A stretch of DNA of 63,600 nucleotides, filler included, from Vannella sp. (Eukaryota), in the NCBI GenBank assembly GCA_023345925.1. It is 8 parts of 8 records of this genome, joined end to end, with 100 filler letters (N's around TTAATTAATTAA, not from the genome) between each part and the next. Parts side by side here need not be neighbours in the genome. Positions count along the whole stretch, not along the records: positions 31,060 to 40,394 come from JAJQQN010000952.1; positions 40,495 to 51,913 come from JAJQQN010000806.1; positions 52,014 to 59,857 come from JAJQQN010000569.1; 5 more parts are not named here. One strand, 5' to 3'. The notes under the pieces are model-generated. The model saw only the letters and a list, made by a program, of their open reading frames with translations, was not told the DNA's origin and made no database searches. The position numbers and the translations under genes are program-made. Shown here in pieces: positions 34,057 to 52,605 of this stretch. Position 1 is the stretch's first letter; every line of letters begins with the position of its first letter.

Positions 34057-35051
34057 CTATATACTTCTTTTGTTATCCTCAGACAGCCTCTTGGCCTCCC
34101 ACACTCTCTTCCGCAGCTGGGTTGAACTCAGCTTGGCTCCGTTCGAGCTAAAGTTGTTGGGAGGGAGGAGTAAGGGAACACTGATGATGTCAAGAAGGGG
34201 TAGGCCTCTCTCTTTACGAGCTCCGTTGATCTTCTCCTCCGTGAAGGGACGAGTCTCTTCAGAAACAAAGATGACTTCGATGTCCGCGCCTTCTACCGTT
34301 GGTCCGAAGGGGTCGTGGAGTGAGAATACGTCCAAGTCTAGTGTAGGGTTCTGCTCTTGAAGTATCTGCCGAAGCTGAGTCATCCGCTGCTCGAGAGGAT
34401 CCAATTCTTCAAAGAAAGCTTTGTTCTTGAGCATCTCGGGTCCTGTAACCCCTGCATAGAGCTTCTTTGCTGTTCCATGACAGGAACAAGCAATCATTAG
34501 CATATGTCCTGCATGCAGGTGGTCAAAGGTGCCACCAATAGCGCCTACAGCCCATCTTCGTTCGGTTCCTGCTGCTACCGCGAGGGCTTTTGTGTGAAAG
34601 GCGCTCTTGTCTTGCTCCAAGCTCAGGTCTGCGTCTTTAAGAGTGATCAAGGACCCATTTGGAACACTATCTATCTCCCCTGCTGTCACTATGACGGAGC
34701 AAGGCAGCTCCAGTCCTGTTGTGGACACGAAAAGGTTGCTTTGGCACTTCCCCAGGTCCAAGAGCATGTCAAAAGGCAAGAAGCGAACGCTGATTCTCCA
34801 TTCCTGCAACGTGAACCACTGGTAAACTGCTGCAAAGTACTCTACGATGGCATTCTAGTGGAGGGTGAGCTCTATCCTCTCTCAGCACTGTCCCATACCG
34901 AGAAGGCGTGAGGAAAGAACTGAGGGAGGATGTAAACTATCCACTGTCCCTCAGGTTCCCTCTGCAAACGCTCCACTGTGGCAGCAAAGCACTCCGCTAC
35001 CATCCCCTTCTCGACCGTCGTCTGATCGAGGACGACGATGACGCCAGTCAT
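34057..35051 (-). CDS. phosphopantetheine adenylyltransferase (eukaryotic/archaeal-type cytidylyltransferase fold)
   Basis: GGTFDHLHAGH, LHDPFGP, VSEET, IN..R..RGL, KLSST. Probable intron near 34850-34900. Confidence 0.85.
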
Positions 35052-35083
35052 CCGCCAGACAATGAAGACACGTCAATCAACTG

Positions 35084-35657
35084 TTATTCCTCCTGAGTGA
35101 GCAGATCCAAGGCACCTTCAGTCAGCTTTTCGATGTCCCGTTTGATGGCAGGGCAGATGAGGAAGATACGCTGAAGGACTTCCTCATTACCCACCACGTT
35201 GTCTGAGGGTGTGGAAGGAGATGAAGGCGCAGAGCGTGAAAGTTGAAAGGAAGAGTGGAACTCAACGAGGAGCTCTTCCACTAAAGACATGCAATCCTCG
35301 CAGAGTTCGCGGTGCACTTTAGACACGAAAGGTTCCGTCAGTGTGGTGGAAATGATCCTCATCACGGACAACAGCGGTAGAGCGAGGCTTCCACCCACCA
35401 GTTGCGCTGCAGGAAGATCCGGAAAGTAGCGGAACAACTCGTTCAAAGTGCCTTCCAGGCGGAAGAAGACACGGCCTTGTTCTACAAACAAGAGGGGATC
35501 CACGCTTTCCATCACAGGGCCAGACAGATTGGCCCCATCCACCAGAAAGCCGTTTCTGGTTCGTTACGCTTTCCCTTGCCGCTTCCTGATTGGAGGTCCT
35601 TCTCAGGCCTTTTGGAGTGTCTGTGCTCCCCATGCAGATGAAGGATGTAAACAACAT
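35084..35657 (-). CDS. hypothetical protein
   Basis: 152-aa ORF plus a probable upstream exon. No motif recognised. Confidence 0.45.
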
Positions 35658-35706
35658 GCGAAGAGGGAGAGCGGAGAGTTGAAGTGAGTTTATGAGCTCA
35701 GTGGGA

Positions 35707-37816
35707 TCAGAAGGGGGTTCCGTAGGCTGTCAGAGAGTGAGTCATGAATGAAAGAGAGTAGAAGGGAAGCGTACCTGTGATACTGTAGCCGAGGGATTGA
35801 GTGGAGACACTCGCACTGCTCACCACGACAGCGATAAAGTAGGTGCGTGATACGCGCTCCTCAGCAGGCCAAACCATGTGGACCTCGTGGAAGTCACTGT
35901 TGACGATGTCATAGTAGTCAAAGTTGTCTCCAGAAGGGTATCCAGACAGGCTGACAATCAGGAACAGCTCGCCAAAGGTGTCAACCTCTGTCATGGTGAT
36001 GCTCACACCAGAGCTATCGGTAGTGAAGTGATAGTACTTCCAGGAGTGTGGTGCAACGCGCTGTTCCACCAGGACCTGCCCGTTGGCAATGCCAAAGGTT
36101 TCTGTGAAAGGTCAATCTCTGGATAGACAGCCACAGCGAGGTCTTACCAATGTCACAGTAGTCACCAGCATACCCAATCTCACAGAGGCAGTTGTTGCTA
36201 CCCTCCTGGCAGTGCCCGTGGCTTGTAGAAGTGCACATGCAAGACTCTTCTCTTTGTGTGAGTCTCTCCGTCAGAGTGGGAGATGGCAGAGCTTACCAAT
36301 GACTTCTGCAGAGATGGTATAATGGCAAGGAGTCCATCCAAAGACACCCAAATGCCACACATCGTCACCAGGGCGGTCGATGGTGATCGAGAACTCTGTG
36401 TTCAATGACACGTCAGAGTACTGGTATCGAATGCGAGTGGGATCGCTGTTCTGCTTGATGTAAAGATCGCAGTCTCCTGCACCCTGCTGAATGACGGTCA
36501 CACGGATGGGAGATTGGGAGAAGTAGTGCAAGTGCCAGAAGTTCCATTGCGATGTCCCCACAAAGCCAGAGTAGGCCACGCCAGTCTCCATCTCACGGTC
36601 ATCTTGAATGTGTCAACAAGACGTACGGTAAAGGAGAAGCGAAGGGCACTCACAGGTCTCGCAAGCGGATCCTTTGTAACCTTCGTTGCACACGCACTTG
36701 CCAGAAGTGCACGTTCCATGTTGGCTACACTCTCCAGGGCAGGATTCAGGTGTTGCAGGATCGTGGAGGTTCACCTGAAGGCTGAAATGGCCACCACGGT
36801 AACCATAAACACCGATCTCGTATGTCGCTCGGTTGGTATTGATCGACATGTGAGTGACCTGTGATGTGGAAGCGTTCATAAAGTCGAAGTTCCGAGCCTC
36901 AGGACGACGGTCAGCAGCAAGGTACTGGCAAAGGGGGTGAGTGAGGTCGTGATCCAGTTCCCTTCCTTTCTGTACGTACCACATCGAGGTCATAGTCCTC
37001 TGAATCTTGAGCCACGTTGATCTCCATGATTTGTCCCTGCTCTGCGTCCAGGTGGAAGTACTTCCACTCTGCGGTGGCCACATCATTCTGGTAAGTCTGC
37101 TGGTTAACGATGGGCTCATCGTCTGTGGGATCGTGAGTGACAAATCGATAGCCGAGAGATACATACAGATGCTGCAGGTCACTCCAGACCAGGGAACAAC
37201 ACAAGAGCAAGAGCTTCCGACGCACTGACCATGAGGACCGCAGTCGACAGTGCACTGGGCTGCAACCCTCATCTGTTAGAGCTTCTCTCCGCAAAATAGA
37301 AGAGGTTACCTACTTTGAAGCAACACGGTGATGTCGTAGTCTGCAGTCCAGTAACCGTAAAGGCCGATGTACCAAGTTCCCGCTTCGACATCCTCGATCT
37401 GGATGGAAAGGTGCGTATTGGTGGAAGTGTCTTGGTACAGGAAGTTCTGGGTGTCTGGATAGGCACGGTTGCTGACGAAGAGGTCGATATCGCCAAAGGA
37501 GCTGGTTTGGTGGGCGCTGATGCTCAAGCCATGTGCTCCTCCCACCGGTACAACAATGTGGTAATAGCGCCATTGGAAAGTGTTCAAATGACCGGTCTTA
37601 GTCTCACCAGAGAGGATCTCCTTGTCCCAAATAGAGCAATCATCACCTCCCCAGCCCGCACTGCATTCGCATACGCCTTGGCGGCAAGTTCCATGCGAGT
37701 TGCAATCATCCACTGTGCCCTCTCATTCAGTATTCTACAAGCTACCCTTTAGCACACTCACCGCAAGTCGCAGCAACGAACGCCACAACAGCGAGTAGCA
37801 AAAGCGCCCCCCGCAT
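35707..37816 (-). CDS. secreted protein with alternating tenascin-type EGF and PPC-like beta-sandwich domains
   Basis: Signal peptide. C.-HG.C..G.C.C..G..G..C repeats alternate with W.Y(Y/F)....GD.DL(F/Y) domains. Multi-exon. Confidence 0.8.
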
Positions 37817-38012
37817 GGCGACCAAGAAATAACGAAAAAGGAGCCTTTCTCGTTACAAGCGAGTTTTCGCTTTGCTCTTCTTTCGAACGGAATCATTGAT
37901 TGGCTTGGCTTCTCCCTAGACTTGCCTCCATCGGCTCCTCACAGGAGGACTTCTCGCTCTCTCATTTTCTCTGGATGAGAGCGTGAACTGTTGCATTGGG
38001 TTAAGGTTAGGT

Positions 38013-39120
38013 TTAGTCCGATGTCCTTGCGGATTGGGTGGGGGAGAGTTTCTCTGATTCTTTAGCTGCCATCTTTTGCTTGAGCTCATGACTGACGTAA
38101 GTGAAATGCACCGTCATTCCCAACAAGAGCGCAAGGGATAAAGCGGGAACCACGGTGAACAAAGAGGTTCTCCTCATAGGTTGATCATTATCCAGAATCC
38201 GATTCTTGACGGTTCAAGAACTCAAAGGCTGAATTCCATTGGAAACAAACATTCAGCTCTCTGGCCACTCTTAGAGTCACCAGAGTGGTGCCTTCCACCC
38301 AGCCTCTTTTGAAGTAAGGGTTCGCATGAAAGATGATGTCTGCGATCCAGTCCTGCGGGATTTGGGCTGGGGGTTTGACCCCGTGACCGAGCATGATGCC
38401 GAGTTCCTCTTCCCATGCGTCCGCGACAATCAGAATCCCGTTCGCTCCCATCTTCCAGTGATGGAAGAGTTGAGAAGCGCACTCTGCAGTACTCAACTGT
38501 TCAACCAGAGGGGCTCGCAGGGTGACCACAACGATGTCATACCCTCGTTTCTGAATCGCTTTGCATCTCCTTTGCAGTGACGGGAGTTTCCTGGGGTCGA
38601 ACAGTTTCGTGGTATCGCTCAGGAAAGGAGTGCGAGTGCCTCTTGGATGATGAATCTTCTTCTCCAAGAGAGCTCTCTCCAGGGCGCTCAGTTCCACTTC
38701 CACTGGGACAGGCTCGACCGGGTTTTCCGAATGGAGGGCTTCGCTCACTATTGAAGTTCCTCTATCGATGGGCTCCTTCTCGAGAGTTGGGTCGAGGGAG
38801 AGGGAGAGAAGTTTCATTCTGAGGTTCTCCAGTGAGCCTGGCGAAAGCCTTTTGTGTTCTGCGTATCTCCTCACTTCAAAGTCGCTCATCAGCTCGAGGG
38901 CAGTTGGAACGGACAACTGCTTGGATGCCATCTCCTCTTGCAAGAGATCCCTCAGCTTCTCTTCCGCATTCGGTGTGCCAGCCAGTCCCCGCTCATGCAA
39001 GAGCTTCTTCACCAACACAGGAGAGGAGAGCTCTATCCGAAAGGTCGGGCCATCATAAAAGCATCTCCTCCACACCCCTACTCGAGAGGAAAGCGGCCTG
39101 AAGAGGGAGAAGCGCATCAT
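38013..39120 (-). CDS. TPM-domain protein with mitochondrial-type presequence and C-terminal TM
   Basis: Arg/Ser-rich N-terminus. DIVVVT, LF.HW..G.NGILIV, I..G.G pattern. Last exon encodes a TM helix. Confidence 0.6.
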
Positions 39121-39521
39121 CAGCCCCCTGACACACGAAGACACCAAAAAATAAAAACTCCGGACAAAACATGAATTATCAAGCTGTCTGCAAATCAAAT
39201 CTGAGCCCTAAAGTCTTTTGTGGTACCCATCCTTAGCCCTCTTGCCAAATCTTTTTTTTTTTTGGAAATTGGGGAAACCGCATCCACCTTGCGGAGGCCG
39301 GATCCAAGCCTGCTTTTCCACAGACAAAGCTCCACCTTGAGATGGTTGTGGAATTTCAACCTCACGTTCTTTCCCATACATCCCAGGGCAAGTGCTGCCG
39401 ATTACCACGTTCAACGTGGTTCCACCTCGGACTCTTTCGTCGTCCTGGGGGAATACCGCTTTGCTGGTTAAGCCACCACACCTCCTACACTTCTATCACC
39501 AGCGAAGGAAAGGAGAATCAG

Positions 39522-39597
39522 CTCCGATTCCAAAGCGGGCTTTAGCCGTGATCCGACGCAGCGAGAGCGTGGCCTGCGTTGGACGGACAAGAAAAAA
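39522..39597 (+). repeat. dispersed repeat B, copy 2 (3' end of a longer structured segment)
   Basis: Matches 18032-18108. Confidence 0.85.
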
Positions 39598-39966
39598 GGG
39601 TTTATAGTTTAGTGAAAACCGCACGGTGGATAAAACCGTTTGGACCCAGAGGAGATAAATGCTCACATTCTTTGTAGCCTGCGGCTGGGGCAAGGCCTAT
39701 TTTTTTTGCTTTGCTCGTTCCCCTTTCATCAGGAGATCGACTTTCGTCGGTGATGAAAGGAGAGGCAGAGCATAGACAGGGTATTGTCTCGTGCCGTGCT
39801 TCATCTCCCTTTCTTTTCCCACCTGGGACACTAACGATAGCTCTTCGGTCGAAGGCTGCAAAAATGGCCCTGCAGCGGTCATGCACTTCCTTTCCTAGGA
39901 CCCTTTCGGGTGCCAGGTAGTACGTAACCCTCAGTTCGCTCTTCTTTGTTTATGTTTATTTATTTC

Positions 39967-40394
39967 CATTTATTAGGTAGCCTCCCTTGGCTCAACTGTC
40001 TCGTCTCATCCATGGGTCCCACGTCCAGCTCCTCCCAAGCTCAACTACGACCACCACTCCCAGCTCATCTAAGACAGCAAGTGTGACGGAAACTACCACG
40101 ACAAGCGCGACTGAGATGTCGAGCTCTTCCATGCCCTTCTGAGACAATGAATGCTTCGCAGACGCCAACGTCCAGATCCTCTCTGACTTTCAGTAAGACT
40201 CCCAGCCCTTCTACAATCGCCACGAAGACGACAGCGCCCAGCTCCTCTTCTACAGCCAGCTCTTCCGTTATCACAAGCACTACACCGTCTCTCAGCCCTT
40301 CCGTTAGACCGAGCAAGACATCATCTAGTAGCATTTCTTCAATCTCTTCAGCAATATCCAGCTCCTCTATCACTTCCAGCCTCACTCCTTCGGC
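39967..40394 (+). CDS. Ser/Thr-rich low-complexity protein fragment
   Basis: S/T/P-rich frame running to the contig end. Start uncertain. Confidence 0.5.
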
Positions 40395-40494
40395 NNNNNN
40401 NNNNNNNNNNNNNNNNNNNNNNNNNNNNNNNNNNNNNNTTAATTAATTAANNNNNNNNNNNNNNNNNNNNNNNNNNNNNNNNNNNNNNNNNNNN
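40395..40494. other. artificial contig spacer
   Basis: N44-TTAATTAATTAA-N44. Confidence 0.98.
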
Positions 40495-41087
40495 GGAAGA
40501 AGGGCTCAACCTACGAACGCATTCTCTCCAAGAAACATGTTTTTTGCGAGGAACAAGGAATGGGCAAGCAAGATACTGTCTCGATGCTCAGCAACTACAA
40601 ATCATTCATCCAATCCAAGAAGGTAAGCGACTTTGTCCAAAGACTGTTGTATTGAACTTGCCACAAGAAACAAGGAGCATTGCTGTTGGGAGTTGTGGGA
40701 GGCAGGCTCTCCGAAGGCATCAACTTTACCGATGAACTTGGTCGCTGTGTTATGGTTGTAGGAATGCCGTATCCAAACATCAAAGACCCGCTGCTGCAAG
40801 AGAAATTCAAATACCTTCAGAATGCCCAATCAGACAAAACGCTTCCTCAGCTCCAGCCCGCCGAGCTTGCCGAAATCATGTGCATGAAAGCAGTCAACCA
40901 GTCTATAGGACGTTCCATTCGCCATCGCAACGACCGCAGCATCATCCTTCTCATCGACGAAAGATACAAAAGACTTCCCATCCAAGCCAAACTCCCCTTT
41001 TGGATTGCCGAGACACTCACAACGCATGAAAAATTCCATTCTGCATTCAAGGATATCAGTCGCTTCTACCGACCCGCTAATAAATGA
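40495..41087 (+). CDS. DDX11: DDX11/Chl1 Fe-S DNA helicase, 3' fragment
   Basis: VVGGRLSEGINF.DELGRCV.VVGMPYPN, CMKAVNQSIGR.IRH.ND, D.RY. Confidence 0.9.
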
Positions 41088-41131
41088 TGGGGAAGTCACG
41101 TGACCGGACCTCCATTGCCTCCTTCTCGGTC

Positions 41132-42264
41132 ATGGGGGAAGAACACTCGTTTGACCAGCATCCGCCTGAATGTCCTTCTGGATGGGTGATTCCTTATCCT
41201 TCTGTTGTGACTCTGTTCTCTGTGACGTGCTTGTTGTCCTTGTTGTTGGCTTTGGTGTGTGTTCGGAGCTTCTACAAGAGTGTTAGCTTGGTCAGCGTCA
41301 AGCTGCGGACGACGCAGTTCTCTGTTACAGCTTGGGTCATCTACTTTCTGTGTGTGAGCGTCAAGTAAGCTTGTTCCAATGACAAAACCGCGTTGGCGCC
41401 TAACTGAGGCAAAGTTCCATGCTCTCCGCAGTCCACTTTGCTCTGGAGCCGGAAGTGAAGGCCTCATGGGATAGCTTCTTCTTGTACGCAACGATTGGCT
41501 GTCATGGGATCACCTCCTTTACTATCTCATACGCTTTACACTGCCACTTGAAGCTGCGCAAGGCAGGGGAAGGGCAGGCGGCTCCCATTATCAACTCGTT
41601 AGACGATGAGGATAATGGTACAGATAGAGCTGTCTGCTGCCAACTCTACTTCATCTTCCGGAGGTGGAAGCCAGTAGTGGACCGCTACGTGCTCCTTTAC
41701 GCGTTACTTCTCCTGTTCTTCATATCCTCTCTCATTCTACTGATATGGTACGTCCCATGTCCTATTGAATTGAAGGGAGCGCTCATCCACGGGCCAGGCA
41801 ACGAGGATCGGTATGGACGACCGCGCTCTTCGTGGTAGCCTACTTCGGACAACAAGCTGTGGCGTTCATCTTAGTGATTTGGATCATCTTTCATCGTGGT
41901 CGACATCAGGAGAAGCCGATCACCCCTTCCAAGATCTACTTGATCGCTGCTGCGATCCTTTGGATCCCTAACGAGGTTCCTTTGAATGTCTGGTCGGCTT
42001 TCCTCCCTGGTTCGTAGTCTACTTCCTTGCAGGCATCTTTGGGTCTGACTGAATGGACAAAGGGGGGTGTGTATTCTACTTTGCCAGTCTCGTGGATCTT
42101 GTCCATGCGATCTACGTCTCCGCTATCATCCTGTTCTTCCTCTTCTTACGCGCAGAGTATCGCCAGTACCTTGAGGAAGAGTACTGGAGAACTCTTGGTA
42201 ACATCCAGGTACGCCAATGACCCCATTCTGGTCCTCAATGACTCACACGATCCAGCTGGAGTAA
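41132..42264 (+). CDS. multi-pass (7TM-like) membrane protein
   Basis: About seven hydrophobic segments over several exons. No family assigned. Confidence 0.6.
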
Positions 42265-42352
42265 AGAATAGGCCAGTTCGTCTCGCTTCTGGTTCATTGA
42301 ATGTGCAATATTATAATTTGGTCTGTCTGATGAAAGGCGGTCATTTTCTATC

Positions 42353-47964
<5,612 letters not shown>

Positions 47965-47986
47965 GTGATGCAACGACGACGAACCT

Positions 47987-50469
47987 TTATTTTCGAGTCT
48001 TCTGTTCCTCCATCTCAACAGGTAGATCCCGATAAGCTGCTTTCCGGCGATAATGAAGCACCATTTCGTCTCCCGATTTCCAAAAGAAGGTTTTGATAGC
48101 GGCCAAGTCAAGTTGGGGTTCCAGGACCTTGTCTTTGCATAGCAACTCCAACCAATCACTTTCAATCGGTATCTTGACATTCACATTTTCACCCTCTCCT
48201 GAAGGGCTTTCTGTCAAGAGAGTCGGAGGAGGAAGCAAACCAAGAGTGGTTCTAACGTAGGAGAGAATACGTAGAGTGGTGAGCCATCTCAACGAACTCA
48301 ATTTGCTGTCTCTGAGTAAAAGGTCAGTTGAAACTCATTTCCCTTCCACTCAAGACTTACCCAGAGGGCAATGGAGGAATGGAATCCTCGTTGTCTGGAC
48401 GCACAAAGAAAGAGTACTTGTTCTCTACTCTGGTGGTGATCTCGGCCTGCTCTTTTGATTAGTGTCTCTCGAGGGTCCAGGTTTGTAACGCACTCGCAAT
48501 ACGCAGTTTTCTACCCATCGAGGAAGCTCGTCCTCAGCAGAAAGCGAACCAATTCGAGAGCGGAACAAAACTCGGCCGGTTTTGGTATTTGAAATGATAA
48601 CAGGCGTATCTGGACTCATCCCAAAGAGCCGCAAAAGTGGTGCAGAGGCGACACTCTCTTGTTTTCCGTCTTCGCTTTCTTCGCTCTCATCAGAATGGCC
48701 AGCGGCTTCTGGTAATCGAACTCTCTTCCAATGAGAGAACAGAGTATTCAATACGCATTCTCCCACGTTATCCCGAAGAGGAGGCTTTGAAAGCCCAAGA
48801 ATCTCGCTATCTACTATCGCACTGAAACACTGTGACCGGTCCAACTCGACCATGGGAGACTAATCAAGATTAGAAAGAAGATGTCGTGTAAAGCTTGCTT
48901 ACTCCGGTGCTATGGTCGACACGGAACCATTGAGGAATTGATATAAGCTGGAAGAATTGATTGATTGTCTCTTCCCAATCTCTTACTCCCAAGTCCTCCA
49001 ATAACTGAGCTTTAAGCACGTCCCAAAGAAGGATACGTTCCTCTGAGTCCTGAGTGAGGATGCGCACACGGTCATTCAAGATATGATGACGAACGATTCC
49101 TGCCCTTCCAGTAATAACAAGGGCAGGGTGGCTCAATAAAGCGTCGAGCACCTCTCCATCCTCATCCTCATCTTCAGATTGATTCGCCCAGAGGGGAGAA
49201 GAAGGAGAAGAAGGAGAAATAGCCATATTCTGCATTGCAGGAGAGCCAGGAGATGAGCAGAATTCGGGAGCTTCCAGTGCCTTCCGTGATTTGAATGAAG
49301 ACCCAAAAGCATACTTATAAACATTCCCATCAACTGGTGTACTCAGCCATAAGGAAGACTCGTCTGCAGCCAAGCGAATTCGAAGAACCGGTTCCTCACG
49401 GTCGATGAGAAGAGAAGACTCAGCACTGGAAAGGTCCGTCACAAATACACTTCCGTCCCTGCCACCTGAGAAAAGCTGAGTGAAAGTGTGATCCACTGCC
49501 AGACTCCACACAGAGTCTCTGTGGATATAATAGGTCTTGATACAACGCCTTTCTCCAATGTCCCAGAGCTTAATTGACCAATCAGAGCTGGCAGTTACCA
49601 TTCTGTGAGAAAGTAAGAAAGTGTCTTCCTTTGCTACAAGATACCCACTTGGTACCGTCCCTGTTCAAGATGATGTCTCTAATAACGTCTCTGTGGCCTC
49701 TAAGTTTGAAGGCGGGATGCCGTTCTCGAGGGTCCCATCCCCGAATAATGCGATCCGACCCTCCTGAAGTCACCAAGTTACTTGAAGCTGCCAGCGAGTA
49801 AATGCTGCTGTCATGGCAGCCAAGGAGTCCTAGTTGGGTTCTCAGTATCAGAAGATGATCTGTTGGAAAGGGAGAAACTGACCAGAGTGAGGAAACTGAG
49901 CTTCTCCCTCTTTGAATGATCTGATAGGGTCCAAAGAGTGCTCTAGGTCCCATTGAAGGATCTGCTGATCCATTCCGGCACTGAACAAGAACTGATGAGT
50001 CGGTTCAAAGCGCAAGGCGGTGACATAGTCTGTGTGAGCTTCCAATATCTGCACCTTTTGGGTTGCTACAGGAGCTTCCCTTTGCAGACCCTGTTGTGAA
50101 GTATTCCAAAGCATTACAGTAGCATCAGAGGAGCAGGAGGCCACTAGAGCTTGGTTAGAAGAGAAGACAGGAGCCCCGGAAACGCTCACGAAGAGAAGGA
50201 GAGCACAAAGCAAGAGCGTTCACCCAATGAGAGTGATGAGACAGAGTGTCATGATAAGTAGCTGACATAGAGTCGCCAGAAACCTTCCATGAATGAATAT
50301 AAGAGTCCCGACCAGCTGTGTACAACGTCCCAGAGCCGCCACTATCCGCAGGGACCTCCACAAGGTCATTCACCGCCAGGCAATGTCCACCAGCTAACCC
50401 CCCATCACGTTCTCCACAGGCGCCTCCATTCAACTGATACAGAACGCGAAAAGGAGATGTAAAGGACAT
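47987..50469 (-). CDS. WDR48: WD40 protein WDR48/UAF1 (Bun107)-like
   Basis: H.L.VN.L, LYTAGRD, HSHWVN, SCSSD.TV.LW, HTDYV, KLRGH.D.IR, C-terminal L..IKTFFWKSGDEMVLHYR. Confidence 0.85.
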
Positions 50470-50530
50470 GTCCCCCCAACCCGGAGACGGTGAAATGAGG
50501 GAAATGAGGGAAATGCTCCAAAAGCGGGGT

Positions 50531-51913
50531 TTATTCGGTTTTGGCTTTTTGAAGTGATGCAAGAGCGTTAGTTTTTGGCTTAGTGATAACACGAATTACT
50601 GCAATGATGGTGGCGAGAAGTGGGAGGGCCAAAAGATTGGCAATGACGGCGCGTTGCAGGAAAAGGTGGAAAACGCGTTGTTTCATGAGTTCGATGGAAT
50701 GGATGCTTTCTGTAAACTTGAAGAGAGTATTTACCAACGCGATGAGCTCGTTGCGCTGGATGGGTTGCTGTTCTTCGTCCCCAAGAAGGATCTTCATTGC
50801 GGTTGCAATGCCCATCATCGAGAGTTTGCCATGGATTCGGCAGTTCTGGCATGCTACGCAGTCCATAATGCGACTAACGTTTGTAAACTTATGCTTAAAC
50901 TCGGCTTTGAGCACTTCTTTGTACTTTCCGCCTGAGAAGAGAGAGGATTCATCGAAACCTGCTGTTGGACAATCTCCTTCTCCTAAGATCTCCTGGATCA
51001 GTTGGCGAGTTAAACGATCATCTTCTGCATTTCCTGTATCGATAGAGAAGCTCTCAATCTCTTGGCGGGCCTTGTGGAAGGCACGGAGAAGAACAGACCA
51101 AGTGAAATAGATGTTTTCTGCCCGGTCAGGCCATCTACCGATAGCGTACACGAAGAAGGGAATGTTCGGTGAAAACTCCCATCTATCAGCACCAAATTTC
51201 TTCCCACTCAGCTTCTGTGGCTGTGACACAATGTCATAACGCTCCGCCACTTGGACAGCGGTGCTCCCATGGATGCCAGATACTAGCCGGTAGAAGGCCC
51301 TTTCTTCAAGGCATTGATTCTCAAGCTTTCCCGCAAAGCAGTTCTCCATGTAGATTGCCCGCCAGATCTTTGCAGCGTGAGGACCGCCGTATCCAGTGTT
51401 TCTCTCTGGATTGAGCTGTAAGTTGATGTACTCGCCAGTGTCGTCGTTTTCATTCCAAAGGTGATCAACAGAAGCCTCCTCCGTCCAGAAACCTTCGTCT
51501 GTGATGGAGCTGCAGTCCTCTTTGTGAGGCAAGTTGGTAATGAGCTCGTCCCTTTGCTGATCTGTGGCGTCTCCGTTGTCTTCACAGCGCCAAGTGACAG
51601 GAATCTTTCATAAGTTAGTACTTTTGGAATGAATCAGAGGCAAGTCTCACCTCCTCCGTCTCACAAGGGCAGATCTCGCACCCACCCGCCTTTCCTGGCT
51701 CCCAGGAGCACTCCGTGTTCTCTTCCTCCCATATTTCACAGTCTCTCCAGTAGTTGACCTTCCAGTATGTGAAGAAGATCCGCTCACAGAGCTGTGAGAG
51801 CGCAGGGAAGAGCTTTTGGTTATTGAACGAGTCCACACTCTCTGTGGACCAAGAGCAGTCACCCACAGTCTTCGCCAAGGGGTAAATAGCATACTCTTGG
51901 TGTGTGTACCACC
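50531..51913 (-). CDS. ERO1: ER oxidoreductin, 5' partial
   Basis: FF.YWKVN, YINL.LNPER.TGY, CLEERAFYRLVSG.H, RIMDCVACQNCRIHGKL, RNELIALVN. Confidence 0.93.
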
Positions 51914-52013
51914 NNNNNNNNNNNNNNNNNNNNNNNNNNNNNNNNNNNNNNNNNNNNTTAATTAATTAANNNNNNNNNNNNNNNNNNNNNNNNNNNNNNN
52001 NNNNNNNNNNNNN
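51914..52013. other. artificial contig spacer
   Basis: N44-TTAATTAATTAA-N44. Confidence 0.98.
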
Positions 52014-52605
52014 ATAGAAAAAATGTGACAACCTCCTCTTCGAGGAGGTATATTGGATGACGCTTCGCGTCACCCATCGGTCACAAATTGTCGCAAACGC
52101 GTAGCAATGGGTGGCGAACATATTTTCTGCGCTAGCAATGAGTATTATATATACATGGGGGCAGCTCCCCAAAGAGGACGCGATGATGGAGATGAGCCAA
52201 TCAACACTAACGACATGGATTCAGCCAGTCCCACTCCGTTGCCCTTTCTTGAGATCCACCCTGAAAGCGATCCCTTGAGAGGCCCGCTCGAGAGTCTGTA
52301 GGACATCCTCCTCCTTAGGAACGCTTTCAGTGAACACTGCTGACTCATGAGAACAGAGACTTTCGCAGAAAGCAGACTTGAACACTCAGAGCCTTTGCCT
52401 CCAGACGCAAAGTGATTCCCTCCTTTTCAGAAAGTCCTTTTCCCCGTCCTCCCTGTGGTTCATACACTGATAGATTCACATGTTCTCCTCATGTCGAAAT
52501 GGCCTCCATTCATCCTCAGGCCTCCAAAGAGGGCTTCCCTTTAGCATTGTTGGGACATGCAGTTGCATTTGACTTTCTCTCATCACCTTTGCAACTTGTT
52601 TATCA

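Noticed and set aside
39544..39590. AGCCGT-hairpin as group II intron domain V or HDV-like ribozyme
   Set aside because: Stem length and bulge do not fit domain V, the motif differs in copy 1, and there is no room for the HDV nested pseudoknot.
41084..41089. Bacterial-style ATGA stop/start overlap between DDX11 and the next gene
   Set aside because: An in-frame ATG at 41132 is the more plausible eukaryotic start, so overlap is not required.
52014..52600. Short ORFs at the start of contig 7
   Set aside because: No recognisable motif or convincing exon structure.
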